Source: the human T2T-CHM13v2.0 reference genome, Homo sapiens. Taken from it: 64,000 nucleotides of DNA. Positions 39,299 to 51,740 of the stretch are shown here, one piece after another. The notes beneath the pieces are model-generated. The model was not told the origin of the DNA. It saw only the letters and a program-made list of their open reading frames with translations, and made no database searches. Where the stretch lies: assembly GCF_009914755.1 (NCBI RefSeq), contig NC_060927.1. One strand, given 5' to 3'. Position numbers and translations under genes: made by a program. Each line of letters starts with the position of its first letter. Position 1 is the stretch's first letter.

Positions 39299-40208
39299 TG
39301 TATTCGTTTCCCATGGCTGACGTAAATTACCACACACGTAGTGGCTTAAAACAACACACGTTTGTCACCTCACAGTTCTGTAGGTTAGAAGTCTGACAGG
39401 TTCTCATTGAGCTAGAATGAAGGTGTCGGCAGGGCTATATTCCCATTTGGAAGCTGATAGGGGCTGACTTCTCTTCCTCACAGTTCATGTATTGAAGACC
39501 TAACCCCTAGTACCACCAAATATGGCTGTATTTGGAGATAATATCTTTAAAGGGGTGATTAAATTAAAAGGAGGTCTTTAAGGTGGGCCCCAATGCAATC
39601 TGACTGGCACCTGTATAAGAAGAAAAAGTGTGGACATTCAGAGGCACCAGGAATGTTCCTACACAGAGGAAGAACATGTGAGGACACAGGGAGAAGGCGG
39701 CCGTCTGCAAGCCAAAAAGCAACCCTGCTGATCTTTTGATGTTGGACTTCTGGCCCCCATTACTGTGAGTGAATAAGTTTCTGCTGGTTAAGCCACCATT
39801 GGTGGGCATTTCTAATGGCAGTGTTAGTAAAGCAATGTAGAACCTTTGGGAGGGAATGGTTTCCTTGCCTTTCCAAGCCTCTAGAGGCTGCTTATGCTCC
39901 TTGATTTATGGCCCTCTTCCTTTACTTTCAAAGCCAGCAACAGAAGGTCCTGTCCTTCACACAGAACATCACCCTGGCCACCTCTTCGGACTCTTCTTCC
40001 ACTTTTAAGAACACTTGAGATTACACTGGGCCCACTGGATCATCCAGGCTCCTCTCCCCACTTTCCTACTTTAGGATTGGCTGATTAGCAACTTCAATTC
40101 CATCTGTGACCATAATTCTCTCCTGCCAAGTAATATTACATATGCATGGGTTGGGGGTTAGAATGTGGATATCTTTGTTTGGGGTGGGGGAGGATTGTGC
40201 CTACCACA
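39299..40208 (-). mobile_element. MLT1C/D-type LTR interrupted by an MLT1B
   Basis: tgtattcgtttcc...gtggcttaaaacaac (39299-39454) resumes at 39845 (ttccttgcc...gctgattagcaac...cctaccaca). Confidence 0.85.
39455..39839 (+). mobile_element. MLT1B solo LTR (nested)
   Basis: ggctgtatttggagata, atgtgaggacacagggagaaggcggccgtctgcaagcc; TSD gaagc/gaacc. Confidence 0.85.
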
Positions 40209-40714
40209 ACGTGTAGTGAATTTTAGGTGGTATGTGGAATAGGATTTTTATACTGTCTTAGTTTATTTTCCTGGCTCCAACGCTGGGATGCAAATTAACA
40301 AACAAAAAAGTAAATCTCACTGAGTGGAAGCTGGGGAACTGTGCTCAATCTGTAGTTTGTCTTTGCTTCCTCCAATACAGCACAAGCTCCTGTTGACACA
40401 GGCTTACGCTGGTGCACAGAATAAGTGATGGTCCATTGAGTTGAAGCTTCAGCATTTTGATTTAACTGATATTTCTAGCAAATTTTTGACCTTGCACTGT
40501 TTATGTAGGGGTTTTCTGGTCTTCTTAGAATGGTAATTCAGGGCAAGATTAGCCATGCCATTTCTAACAGATCTGCTGCTTTCCCCTTTAGAAAGGAAGG
40601 TTTCAGTGTTTATTGGAGAACAAAGACTGTGTGGTTTCCACGGCATGTTTGGCCTCAATATGTTCAGAGATACAAAAAGCTTGGAGTATAGAAACCCTGT
40701 AATTGTGTCCTTCA

Positions 40715-41290
40715 AATGTATCTTTTTGGCGTAAATGATAGAAACCCGATTAAAAGTTGCTTCAACTGAAATGGGAAGGTATTAGTTCATGCAACTACAA
40801 AGTCTTGGAGTGGATCTAGCTCTGAACTTGGTCAGATCGAGGATTCCATGAAATCCTAAGGATCCGGGGTCTCTATCCCCCTTTCCCTATTCTTTGCTTT
40901 TCTCCACATTGGCCTCATTCCAAGGAAGGCCCTGTCAATACAGTGGGCCTGGCAAATCAGGGCTTAGATTAGGCTTACAGCCAGCATGCCACAGGCAAAG
41001 AGAACTCTTCCTTCCCACAAATCCAAGCAAAAGTCTCAGGATGTCTTTCCTGGATCAGCTTAGGTCATGGGTCTATCCCCCAACCAATCACTCTAGCCAG
41101 AGAGGCACAAGGCAATGATTGACCAGGCTGAGGTCAAGGCCACCCCAGAGCTGTAGGCACTGGAGGAGGCATCAGCTCCACCTCACACACGTGGATGAAG
41201 AATGAGGAGAAGTAGTTCCTGAGGCAAATCAAGGTAGCATTTCTAGAAGAGGGGGCAATGGATACATGGAATGGAAATATAACCAACATC
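40715..41290 (-). mobile_element. MaLR LTR, MLT1K-like
   Basis: aaatgatagaaaccc, ccaaccaatcactctagccaga, gattgaccaggc, tctagaagagggggcaatggat. Confidence 0.7.
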
Positions 41291-41321
41291 TATACTCAGG
41301 TGAGGTGCTTGGCTTTTTTAA

Positions 41322-41656
<335 letters not shown>

Positions 41657-41699
41657 TGGAGCTTCTTATTTAAATCTGTCTTATTTGGGCACCAAACAG

Positions 41700-42112
41700 C
41701 CCCTACTGGATGCTAGACAGACCTGCCCAGAAATTTATGGATGGCAAGATAAATGACACACAGGCACTGATGGATGTGAAATCATGTTTATTAATCACAC
41801 AGGAAACAGGCAAAGGGCTCCCTAAGGAGAAGGGTTCAGGCTCTCTGTTCAGCGTGAAGTGAGGGCCATGGGCAGGCAACATCAGGGCTTCGGGTTTTAC
41901 AGAGCTCAGGGGCTGGGGCTGGGGTTCAGGTTTCCATGCACAAGCTGGGGTCTGAGTGATTTGAACCTCACTGCAAGCACAAAGGGACAGCATATCTGGG
42001 CTTCCTCATTGACTTGCCCAGATTGAGGTCAGGTCGGAAAGGGGCTTGAGAGTAGAATAGAGCTTGGAAGCTATCAGCAGTCAGACCTCAAAACAGAGTC
42101 AAACCCTTGACA
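41700..42112 (-). mobile_element. ERVL-class LTR of the MER74/MER73/MER54/LTR53 group
   Basis: The end aagctatcagcagtcagacctcaaaacagagtcaaacccttgaca is the reverse of the 5' motif shared by that group; tttatt gives a reverse poly(A) signal near 41790. Confidence 0.6.
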
Positions 42113-42660
42113 TCTTTTTACTCCAGTTTGGGGAGAAAACCCATAGAAGCCAAGGGTTCAAACTCTTGCCTACCCTGAACCAGCCTTGCCTCCCCGCATT
42201 TGTTTCTGATTGGTGTTGAAAAGGGATCCTGGGGGACATTCTCCAGGCTACCTTCTGTTAGCCAGTCTCATGATACCTGCAGGAAACAGATATGCTTTGC
42301 ACACATGGGTTTCAATTGGCAAGCAATGGCAATGCATCTTTTTTTCAGAGGAAAATGGTTATCATGGAGGCAATGGAATAGATGTTGTTGAGTTCAGCGG
42401 CTGTGCATGAGGCACGGTGCTAGGGCTGATGTTAATACAAAGATAGATAAAGCATAATGTTCCCGTTCACAGGAGCAGGTGATGTAGTACAAGAGATGAG
42501 GGCCTGACTTGTAAGACAGGACATGTCATGAGTGGGTCCCAAGGGTCACATACAAGTGGTGCAGGAGGCAGACATAGATTATATTTCAGACTGAGAGGAC
42601 ATATTGCTACCAGATGATGCTTTACAAAGATGATGTTTGAAATGATTCTTGAAAAAATAG

Positions 42661-43020
42661 TGTATTAGTCCATTTTCATACTGCTACAAAGACCTTACCT
42701 AAGACTGGGTAATTTCTAAAGAAAAAGAGGTTTAATGGACTCACAGTTCCACATGGCTGGGGAGGCTCACAATCATGGCAAAGGTGAAGGAAGAGCAAAA
42801 GCACATGTTACGTGGCAGCAGGTAAGACAGCGTGTGCGAGGGAACTGCCCTTTATAAAACCATCAGATCTCATGAAACTTATTCACCAGAATGAGAACAG
42901 CAGGGGAAAAAACTGCTCCCATGATACAGTTACCTCCCACCAGGTGCCTATAACACATGGGGATTATGGGAACTACAGTTCAAGATGAGATTAGGATGGG
43001 GACACAGCCAAACTCTATCA
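42661..43020 (-). mobile_element. THE1 (B/C) solo LTR
   Basis: tgtattagtccattttcatactgct...gggacacagccaaactctatca; TSD aatag/aacag. Confidence 0.95.
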
Positions 43021-43104
43021 AACAGTAGTATATTTATGGTCAGGTGCTGAATGTATAGACAAGACAGGGAAACGCTAAACATAATATCAGACGGTGCCAA
43101 AAAG

Positions 43105-43420
43105 AACAAACTACTGCACTTCACAACCTGATTGAGTCACAGACATTATATCGAGTGAAAGAAGCCCGATACAAAACAAATACAGTATGATTCTGTTCCT
43201 ATGACTCCAAGAACAGGCAAAAGTAATGAATGAAAATAAGCATAAGGCTAGGGATGACCTCCGGGTAGAGGAGGGTATTGATGGGGAGGGGTGTAAGGAG
43301 CTGTAAATGTTCTCATCTTGACTTGAGGGGTGGTTAGAGGGGTTCAAAATGTAAACGTTCATAAATTCTACCTTTAAGATTTATCTGTTTACCACATGTG
43401 CATTTTATCTAAATGAAAGA
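43105..43420 (+). mobile_element. Old L1 (L1MD/ME) 3' fragment
   Basis: gagtgaaagaagcccgatacaaaa...gtatgattc...aacaggcaaaa. Confidence 0.75.
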
Positions 43421-43470
43421 AAAAGGGCACAAAGGAATAAGCGTAATCGTAAAACTTATGTTTCCATGCA

Positions 43471-43963
43471 TGGGGTAGGCTGAATAGTGGCCCCTAAGAG
43501 ATGTCCGCGTCCTCAACCCTGGAACCTGTGAATATGTTACCTTACGTGGCATAAGAAACATTAGAGGTTATGACTGAGAATCTTGAAGTGGGGAGATTAG
43601 CCTGTATGATCCAGGTGGGCCTGATGCAAACACCATGGGCATTATAAGAGGGAGGCAGGAGAGTCAAAGGTGGAAGACAGAGATGGGATGACAGAAGCAG
43701 AGGTTGGAGTGATGCACTTTGAAGATAGAAGACGGGCCATGAGCCAAGTGACAAAGGTGGCCTCTGAAAGTTGGAAAAGACAAGGAAACTGATTCTCTCC
43801 CAGAACCTCCAGAAGGAATGATGGTCTGCCAATACCTTGACTTAAGCCCAGTGAAATTGATTTCAAATATCTGACCTCCAAAGCTGAAAGATAGTAAATT
43901 TGTACAGTGTTAAGCCACCAAGTTTGTGGCAATTTGTTACAGCAGCCATAGGAAACTAATATA
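43471..43963 (+). mobile_element. MLT1D solo LTR inserted in a MIR
   Basis: ggtaggctgaatagtggcccc..gatgtcc...ggaacctgtgaatatgttacctta...ggaaactaatata; TSD atgca/gtgca. Confidence 0.92.
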
Positions 43964-44200
43964 GTGCATATTATTTGCCAAGGACAGAATTAAACCCTTA
44001 TGATATGGTTAATCTCAATTCATCTTCATAAGTGCCCTTTGACTGAAGCTATTACCATTATTTATCCTCCTTTTATAAAGCAGGAAACTGAGACAGATCA
44101 AGTACCACCCCCAAGCAAAGAAAATAGTGAAGCCATGATTTGGGTCCAGACACTAACACTCGAGGTCTTCATCACTCAGCTTTGCCCCTGCCAAGCAGAA
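43964..44200 (-). mobile_element. MIR
   Basis: ttatcctccttttataaagcaggaaactgagacaga. Confidence 0.7.
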
Positions 44201-44999
44201 ACGGCAGCTGGAGCACAGCCTCAGATGGCATGGTCTGGAGGAAACTGGCGTCCAGGCTGTGGCTTGTTCTGCCTGCAGAGCACTCCACCCAGCCCCCTCC
44301 AGGTCCCGTGGCCATGAGGAAGTGGTGTGGACTGAGAGGTTGCTGAAATAGCTTTGATGACAGGAGACTTCCTTCAGTGCAGTGTTGAGCATTGAAATAT
44401 TTCACTTGTGCCCATTGGGCATCACATTTCACGAAGATGTGTTAACTAAGATCACTGAAATAAAACATAATTCTCTCCCCTGGATGTACTATACCGAGCT
44501 GCTGCTGTCACTGTGTGTGTGTGCATATGTGTGTGTGCATATGTGCAAGGTGGTGTTGGTGAGGGAGTTATACCAAGTTGTTGGCTCTGTCTCCCCTATT
44601 TCTTGGGGATCTAGCAGACTCATCTTTATTTATCAAATGGTAGTCAGAAGGTTGTACAACTAACCTTCACAGAGAATTTCATCAACAAACACAAAAGCCA
44701 AACCTGTGGCTCACTGGTTTCCTGAGCTCCACATTCAGCTCTACTGACAACAGGATGCTACTTGGCCAATTAACAGCAGGATGTGCACATATTTCTCTAA
44801 ACCTTTTGGGTGGTTCTCCCAGTGAGTGGCTCTGCTCTCTATTTTTCCTTTGGACACAGAAGCATACTGGTTAAAACTAAGGGCTTTGGAGACTCAGAAT
44901 ACCAGCTCTACCTCTTACAAGCTGGGTAACCTTGGCAGGTCACAGACCTTCAATACATATTGAGTATCTGAAAGAGGATGTTTTCATTATCCCAAACCC

Positions 45000-45100
45000 A
45001 GAAGGTCAGATCTTTCAAGAACCTCAGAGGTCATCTAGTCCAATTTCCACATTTTATAGGTGGAGAAATTAGATTCAGAAAAGAGGCGAGTAGGCAAATG
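45000..45100 (-). mobile_element. MIR3-like fragment
   Basis: agaggtcatctagtccaa...cattttataggtggagaaatt. Confidence 0.65.
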
Positions 45101-45858
45101 GCCAAGAGACAAGTGAGTGGCTAATCCAATTGTATGGATAACTGCCCTGTGTAAGGTTAGCTGATCATGAAAAAAATTAAAAAAAGCAGTACCATCAGAA
45201 GCATTTCTGGTAGACTATTAAGATCTATGATATGGTAATCATTTGAACAACTATGGTTATTAGTCTTATTTGCAGACACAGTGTTCAATTATGCAGACCA
45301 CTCTAGTGCATCAGTCCCAGGGAACTTTCTTAGCCATCAGCACAGAGACAATTTTAAATGAATATATGCAGCATTTCCCCAGACCTACTCGTGATACCCA
45401 GGAGACCAACTACCCATGAAAAATCAGTTCACTACAAGAGGAGGCATGGGGGCTTTGAAGTACTTCTTATTGCATGGTAGTAAAGTAATTTTTTGAAAAA
45501 AGTAATTTTACTTTCTTGCATTCAGGGCTATCCAAAAGGCTATATGCAAATCTCCAAAAAAGCAGAGGTTAGTTTTTGTCTTTGTTCTAGAGAACATCCC
45601 TACATAGCAAAATCAAGAACTCATTGTCCATGGATCCTTCCTGATGCTCACAAACTGGTTTTATGTATTTATTTGCAACATGAAGGAAAGCAGACTTAAA
45701 ATAACGTTATAAAAAGACCACAGCACATTGCACACATATATTTAATTCAGTAACTATGATGTATAGAAACGCTTCTGGAAACCTTAGAACTTAAACTATT
45801 AGGTCGGGTTTCAAACACCTGCCACTATTGGAGCAATAAAATATTTTTGTCCAAATTA

Positions 45859-45989
45859 TTCTTCTCTGCCCCCTCCTCCTCTTCTCCTCCCCCTCCTCCT
45901 TCTCCTCCTTCTCCTCCCTCTCCTCCTTCCTCTTCTCCTCCTTTTCCTCCTTCTCATTCTTCTTCTTCTTTCTTCTTTCTTCTTCCTTC
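45859..45989. repeat. (CCT/CTT)n polypyrimidine low-complexity tract
   Basis: About 130 bp containing only two purines. Confidence 0.93.
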
Positions 45990-46984
45990 ATTTCTGCCAT
46001 GAACTGTGAGTAAGTCAGGACCCTCTGAGGAGTCTTAAATAAAACCACTGCCTCTTGGAAGCTTGTTAAAGTCTAGAGAGGTTTCACCGTAGCAAAAACT
46101 AAACAAGGCATCTTACCTAGAACTTGGGGAATTTTTTTCAAAGCGGTTCACACAAAACTGACTCAAGTGGTGCAAAGGGGTGGGGAATGGGAAGGTGGGT
46201 TAGCCTTTCAGTTGGACAAGATGTACTCTGTTGATGAGTATGGCTCCAATAGAAGTCCAGAAGAAAAAGCTCTGGATTTGGCTTTGTATTTTAGTGTAAA
46301 GGGTTTTCAGCTACCTGGGCTCAAAGACTGGAATGATGAGCTTTCCACACTCATGCAGTCAGCTGATGAAAAAGCAATGCAGCCAGAGCAAAAAAATTAG
46401 GAGGAACCTTTTCTTCAGGCTTCAGCCTTTTCTTAGCCTAGAAAGAATTTCATTCAGCAAAGAGCTCAGCAAAGAGTCCATGAATGGGAACTCTGGGATG
46501 CCCCTTGAAATAGATCTGGATATTCACACATAGCCTGTCCTTCGGGTAAGCCTACAAATAGATTTTAGAACCACCTTCACCATAAATATCATGTCTTTTT
46601 ATGCCCTTACATTCTCTGTCCATCAGCCTCCTTTTTTGGCATACTGATTGCATTAGAAATCCTAGAGGTTTTCTTAGCAAGTGAAGAATGGTAGATAGGA
46701 TGCTTCCCATTGCCCAGGAGCTTGTCTGCTTTATTGATATACTACTTAGTTTGAAAGTATCAGTTGACTTTTCAGTCCTGGGGAAAAGGCATGGGAATAC
46801 TTGTTATTCTAAGGACAATTTAAAAATTTAGTCTTGCAGTTGTTCTGTCCTTTAGGAAAAGTCTTGTGCTCAAAGTCTGCCTCCTATTTAATATATGAAG
46901 GCAGCTGTGGGATAATGGATAAGAATGGTATACTGCTGTTAGAATGGAAAAGAATGCTATACTGCTGTTAGATTGTGAGTTTTT

Positions 46985-47670
46985 CACTTATTTATTTAGT
47001 ACCTATTCTTACACAGAATTTACTATATGCCCCTTTCCTAGGTCTAGGGATATAGAATAAATATCAGAGTCATCAGGAGTGCTGTGGAGGAGGCTTACTT
47101 CAGTGAACAGAGGAAACCTTTTGGAAGAGGTAGAATTTCAGCTGAGACCCAAGCCTTGAGAGAAAATCACCTAAGACAAGAATCAGAAACATTCCAGGCA
47201 GAGGAAAATAGCCAATGTAAAGGAACTGGGGCAGGATACAGCTTATTGTATTTGAGACTTAAAAAGGAAAAGCCATCAAATAAAATGGAAATGTGGCAAG
47301 GAAAGAAGAAAATGAGGCTTAAAGAAGTAGCAGGCACTAAGTCCTGGAAATGCTTATATGCCATAGACAGGCATGTGGGTTTTATTCAATGTATAGTAGA
47401 AAGTCATTAAAAGGTTTGAAGTAAGAAAATGATGAACTCTAGCTGACACCTCTCAGTAAGAATCTGGCTAATGTGTAGAGGACAAATTTAAGAAAACAAG
47501 CATAAAAAATGAGAGAGGGAACCAAGAGCTGCTACCAAAGTCCAGCAAGAAATGATGGTGGTTTGGCCCAGGGTGGTGTTACAGAAGCAAGAACAGAGAG
47601 ATGGACGGAGAGAGAAAGGGACAGTTCCTGAATCTGGAGATATACTAAAGGTAAATGGTAGATTTGGTAT
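46985..47670 (-). mobile_element. L2 (L2a-like) fragment
   Basis: cattccaggcagaggaaaatagcc, gaaatgatggtggtttggcccagggtggt. Confidence 0.8.
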
Positions 47671-47857
47671 GGGAGGAATCCCTATATGTTAGCACAGTGG
47701 ATGGAATAGGTACTCAAAAGTTTTCTCAGAAGTGAACTAAATGTGGAGTTTAGGTTGAATTTCAACTTTTGCCCTTTATACACCTGTGGACAAATCCCTA
47801 ACCTCTCTCAGTGAAGGTTGGAGGGGATTTCAGACCTCCAAGTCCATTGTAAGTGGG

Positions 47858-48213
47858 TGTCTTAGTCCACTTTCTGCTGCTATCACAGAATTGGATAATT
47901 TATAAAGAACAGAAATTTATTTGGCTCATGGTTCTGAAGGCTGGGAAGTCCAAGAGCATGGTACTGACATCTGGTGAGGGTCATCCCTTGGAGGAAGGGT
48001 AGAAGGTGGAAACAAGCACAGGAGACAGAGAGGGAAGTAGGCCAAACTTACCTTTTTATGAAGATCCCACTCCCATGATAACAGCATTAACTTCATTCAA
48101 AAGGACAGAGCCCTTGCGGCCTAATCACCTGTTAAAGTTACTACCTCTTAATACCATTTAAGTGGCAATTAAATTTCAATGTGAGTTTGGGCAAAAACAG
48201 TCAAACCAGAGCA
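47858..48213 (-). mobile_element. MSTB/MSTC-type solo LTR
   Basis: tgtcttagtccactttctgctgcta...ggctgggaagtccaagagcatgg...ggcaattaaatttcaa...tcaaaccagagca. Confidence 0.88.
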
Positions 48214-49645
48214 GCAGCCAACCACCCAGATGGAGGGGTCATAATGAGGATGGACATTTCTGGAGATATCAGTGTCCATATTGGTTTTACCAAGGCTTCT
48301 TAGTATTCACTGAGCAGGACCTGGGCAGGTGACCAGGAAAACCTTGCATTTTATTTCTGCCTCCACCCTGACTTTGAGCTGAACTTACCGTGGACCCTTC
48401 ACAGGGCAGAAAAGCAGCTAACTCTCCTTGACCTTCTGTGATTGACTTTGGATGAGTTTGTCCAGAAACTTGTCAGTTCAGATGCTCATTTGGCTGATGG
48501 ACAAGAAGCTTGTGGGAACCAGGCTGCTACCACAGACCCAACTCAGGAAAATCAAAGAGCAGCCTGGGGGCTTTTAGAGGCTTACTCATCATAGAGAGCA
48601 TTTGGGTATATGGTTAATTATATGCTTTATTACGGATGCTAATTTGTGCTGGAAGCTGATACAGTGTGTGTTAGCATTTAGCTTTAGTTAATGAAGTTGG
48701 GTTAAGCATTCAATATATCACTGAGCTCACAATTTCTCCTCTTGGCTAGAACAACATGGTGTGGAAAACTGAGGGGTGATGGTGTTGGGGAAGAGAAAAC
48801 ATTCACACAGTGAGTTCCTTCCCTGTAACTCTAGAATGTCTTCAGTGCTGCATTGTGCTTGCACCATTTTAATGTGAGATAATTTTCAGTGGGATAAAAC
48901 CCTGGGCATGTGTTAAAAAAGAAGTATTGTTGTGATTACTTATTAGCATAATCAGAAAAAGCCCCTGTGTGGGCTCCAATGAGGCCAACTGGAGCCCTGT
49001 TGTTTCTTTTTTAAAAGTCTTCATATTTTAAGAAGAAGAAAAGGATGCTGACATAAAAATGCCTTCAGTGTGTTTCACTCAGCTCAGTACCTAAGTTAAA
49101 TCATTGCTGATAACTTTAAAATACAGAGGATAAACAAACGTATGTTTGACCTTCGCAATAAAGAAAATCATGTATTTGCTCTGCTCCCATTGGTGTTAAG
49201 AGAAGCTACGTATGTAAATCTCTGACACATCAATGAAATAATAAACTCCTGGATGAGCCATTTAATTTCTCTTTCATAGCTACCTTTCACGTTTGGCTAA
49301 AAGAAGGGGGAGAAAACCAATGTCCTCGATAAAAACAACTTAGGTTGACCCTGATTCTTTGGCATTCTTCCTTAGAGCCCAGCTTCAGAGACTGGGAATT
49401 CAAGAGGGTCTGACAGGGAAGGAATTGAGCTGCCCACGTGGGGACTGTCACCAGAGACCCAAGCCTTGCAGAAAGGCTGGTTTGATAGCCTGCCTGAGTC
49501 CTTTTGCCTCCCTGCTTCCCCCATCCAAGGCTTCAGTTGTACCTATCTGTCCTCTACTGGGAATTAACACAAGCTCCAGCTGCTTTGGGATGTTTTATAG
49601 TCTTGATGGGTCGAGTTAAGAGGCTACTTTTCCTTGAGTACTTAC

Positions 49646-49998
49646 TGTATTCGTCCATTTTCATACTGCTATGAAGAAATACCCGAGACTGGGTAATTTA
49701 TAAAGAAAAAGAGGTTTAATGGACTTACAGGTCCACATGCCTGGGCAGGCCCCACAATCATGGTGTAAAGTGAAGGAAGATCAAAGGCATGGTGGTAGGC
49801 AAGAGAGCGTGTGCAGGGGAACTGCGCTTTATACAGCCATCAGATCTCATGAGACTTATTCACTATCATGAGAACAGCACAGGAAAACCCACCCCCATGA
49901 TTCAATTTCCTCCCACTGGGTCCTCCCATGACACATGGGGATTATAGGAGCTACAATTCAAGATGAGATTTGGGTGGGGACATAGCAAAACCATATCA
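49646..49998 (-). mobile_element. THE1 (B/C) solo LTR inserted in a MIR
   Basis: tgtattcgtccattttcatactgctatgaagaaatacccgagactggg...aaccatatca; perfect TSD cttac at 49641-49645 and 49999-50003. Confidence 0.96.
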
Positions 49999-50003
49999 CT
50001 TAC

Positions 50004-50180
50004 TAAGTGCCAGACACTATGCTAGGCATTTGAATGCAATATCTCATTCAATCCTCGCAAGAGACTTATTGAGGCCAGTGTTCCTAGGACTCATGAATTG
50101 CAGATAAGAAAAATTGAAGGCACAGAGCTGGTAAGGGGAAGTGACTGTTAAGTCACACTGATTCCAAAGTTTAATGTTCT
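50004..50180 (-). mobile_element. MIR (continues 5' of the THE1)
   Basis: gtgccagacactatgctaggcattt...tctcattcaatcctc...cagataagaaaattgaaggcacaga. Confidence 0.8.
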
Positions 50181-50184
50181 GAAT

Positions 50185-51474
50185 GAAGAGCTGGCAAACT
50201 TTTTCTCTGAAGGGCATAGAATACATATTTTTGGCTCTGCTGGGCATTATGGTCTTTGTTGAAATAACTTACTTCTGTTGTTATATAGGGAAGGCAACTG
50301 CAGACAAAATACAAATAACATGTTCTTTCGGGGTAACCAGCCCCCAAGATTTCAACGTAGATTCTTTTCTATTTTCCCTAAGTGTCGGCCAGTCTGAGAA
50401 ATAAAGGGAAAGAGTATAAAAGAGAGAAATTTTAAAGCTGGGTGTCCGGGGGAGACATCACATGTCGGCAGGTTCCGTGATACCCCCTGAGCTGTAAAAC
50501 CAGCAAGTTTTTATTAGCAATTTTCAAAGGGGAGGGAGTATACGAGTAGGGTGTGGGTCACAGAGATCACATGCTTCAAGGGCAACAAAATATCACAAGG
50601 CAAATGGGCAGGGCAAGGTCACAAGGCCAGGGCAAAACTAGAATTACTAATGAGGTTCCCGGTCCGCTGTGCACGCATTCTCATTGATAAACATCAGGAA
50701 ACAGGGTTTGAGAGCAGACAACCAGTCTGACTAAAATTTGCTAGGCAGGAATTTCCTAATCCTAATAAGCCTGGTTTCATCCCTATTTACAACTGCATAA
50801 GGTAGACACTCCCAGAGTGGCCATTTTAGAGCCCCCCCGCACTACCCCCCTGGGAATGCATTCTTTTCCCAGGGCTGCTAATTATTAATATTCCTTACTG
50901 GGGAAAGAATTCAGCGATATTTCTCTTACCCATTTTTGGCAATAAGAGAAATATGGCTCTGTCCTGCCTGGCTCCCAGGCAGTCAGACCTAATGGTTATC
51001 TCCCTTGTTCCCTGAACATCGCTGTTATCCTGTTCTTTTTTCAAGGTGCCCAGATTTCATATTGTTCAAACACACATGCTTTACGAACAATTTGTGCAGT
51101 TAACGCAATCATTACAGGGTCCTGAGGCAACATATATCCTCAGCTTATGAAGATGAGGGGATTAAGAGATTAAAGTAAAGACAGGCATAGGAAATTATAA
51201 GAGTATTGATTGGGGAAGTGATAAATGTCTATGAAATCTTCACAATTTATGTTCAGAGATTGCAGTAAAGACAGGCATAAGAAATTATAAAAGTATTAAT
51301 TTGGAGAACTAACAAATGTCTATGAAATCTTCACAATTTATGTTCTGCCATGGCTTCAGCCAGTCACTCCATTCGGGGTCCTTGGTTTCCCACAACAATG
51401 TTCCACTAAAAATACATTTACAAAAAGTGTGTGTAGCCAGATATGGCTGTCAGGCCCTAGTTTGCCAACTTCTG
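50185..51474 (+). mobile_element. MER58A split by a MER11 LTR (pieces 50185-50325 and 51398-51474)
   Basis: ctggcaaactttttctctgaagggc... resumes as atttacaaaaa...agtttgccaacttctg. Confidence 0.8.
50326..51397 (-). mobile_element. MER11 solo LTR (HERV-K11/HML-8), full length, 1072 bp
   Basis: Ends read in reverse as tgttgtgggaa...ggggctggttaccccga; contains the MER11 internal ~90-bp duplication; perfect 6-bp TSD atgttc at 50320-50325 and 51398-51403. Confidence 0.95.
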
Positions 51475-51514
51475 TTCCTGAACGGTTGTCCTTTCTACTT
51501 CCCCAGGCTCTTTG

Positions 51515-51740
51515 GTGAAGAGTTCAGGTTTTGGAGTCTGACGGAGCCAGGCTCACATTCAGTCTCTGCCACTTGCTTGCTGTACTCTGTTGGAGAAATC
51601 TCTTAACCTCTGGGAGCTTGTTTTTTTCCATCTGTGAAATGGGCAGAAGACCAACCTAAGATGGTAGTTGTGAAAATCAAATGCAAAACATGTGTGAAGT
51701 GTGGAACACAGGGCTTAGCATTGGGATAGCTGTTGAATTG
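51515..51740 (+). mobile_element. MIR
   Basis: gaagagttcaggttttggagtc...ctctgccacttgc...cttaacctct...catctgtgaaatggg. Confidence 0.85.

Noticed and set aside
45791-46048. Glu/Lys/Arg-rich ORF (similar ones at 9331-9691 and 54531-54825)
   Set aside because: Translation of CT/GA low-complexity tracts.
51165-51345. About 90-bp tandem duplication
   Set aside because: An intrinsic part of the MER11 LTR consensus, not a locus-specific event.
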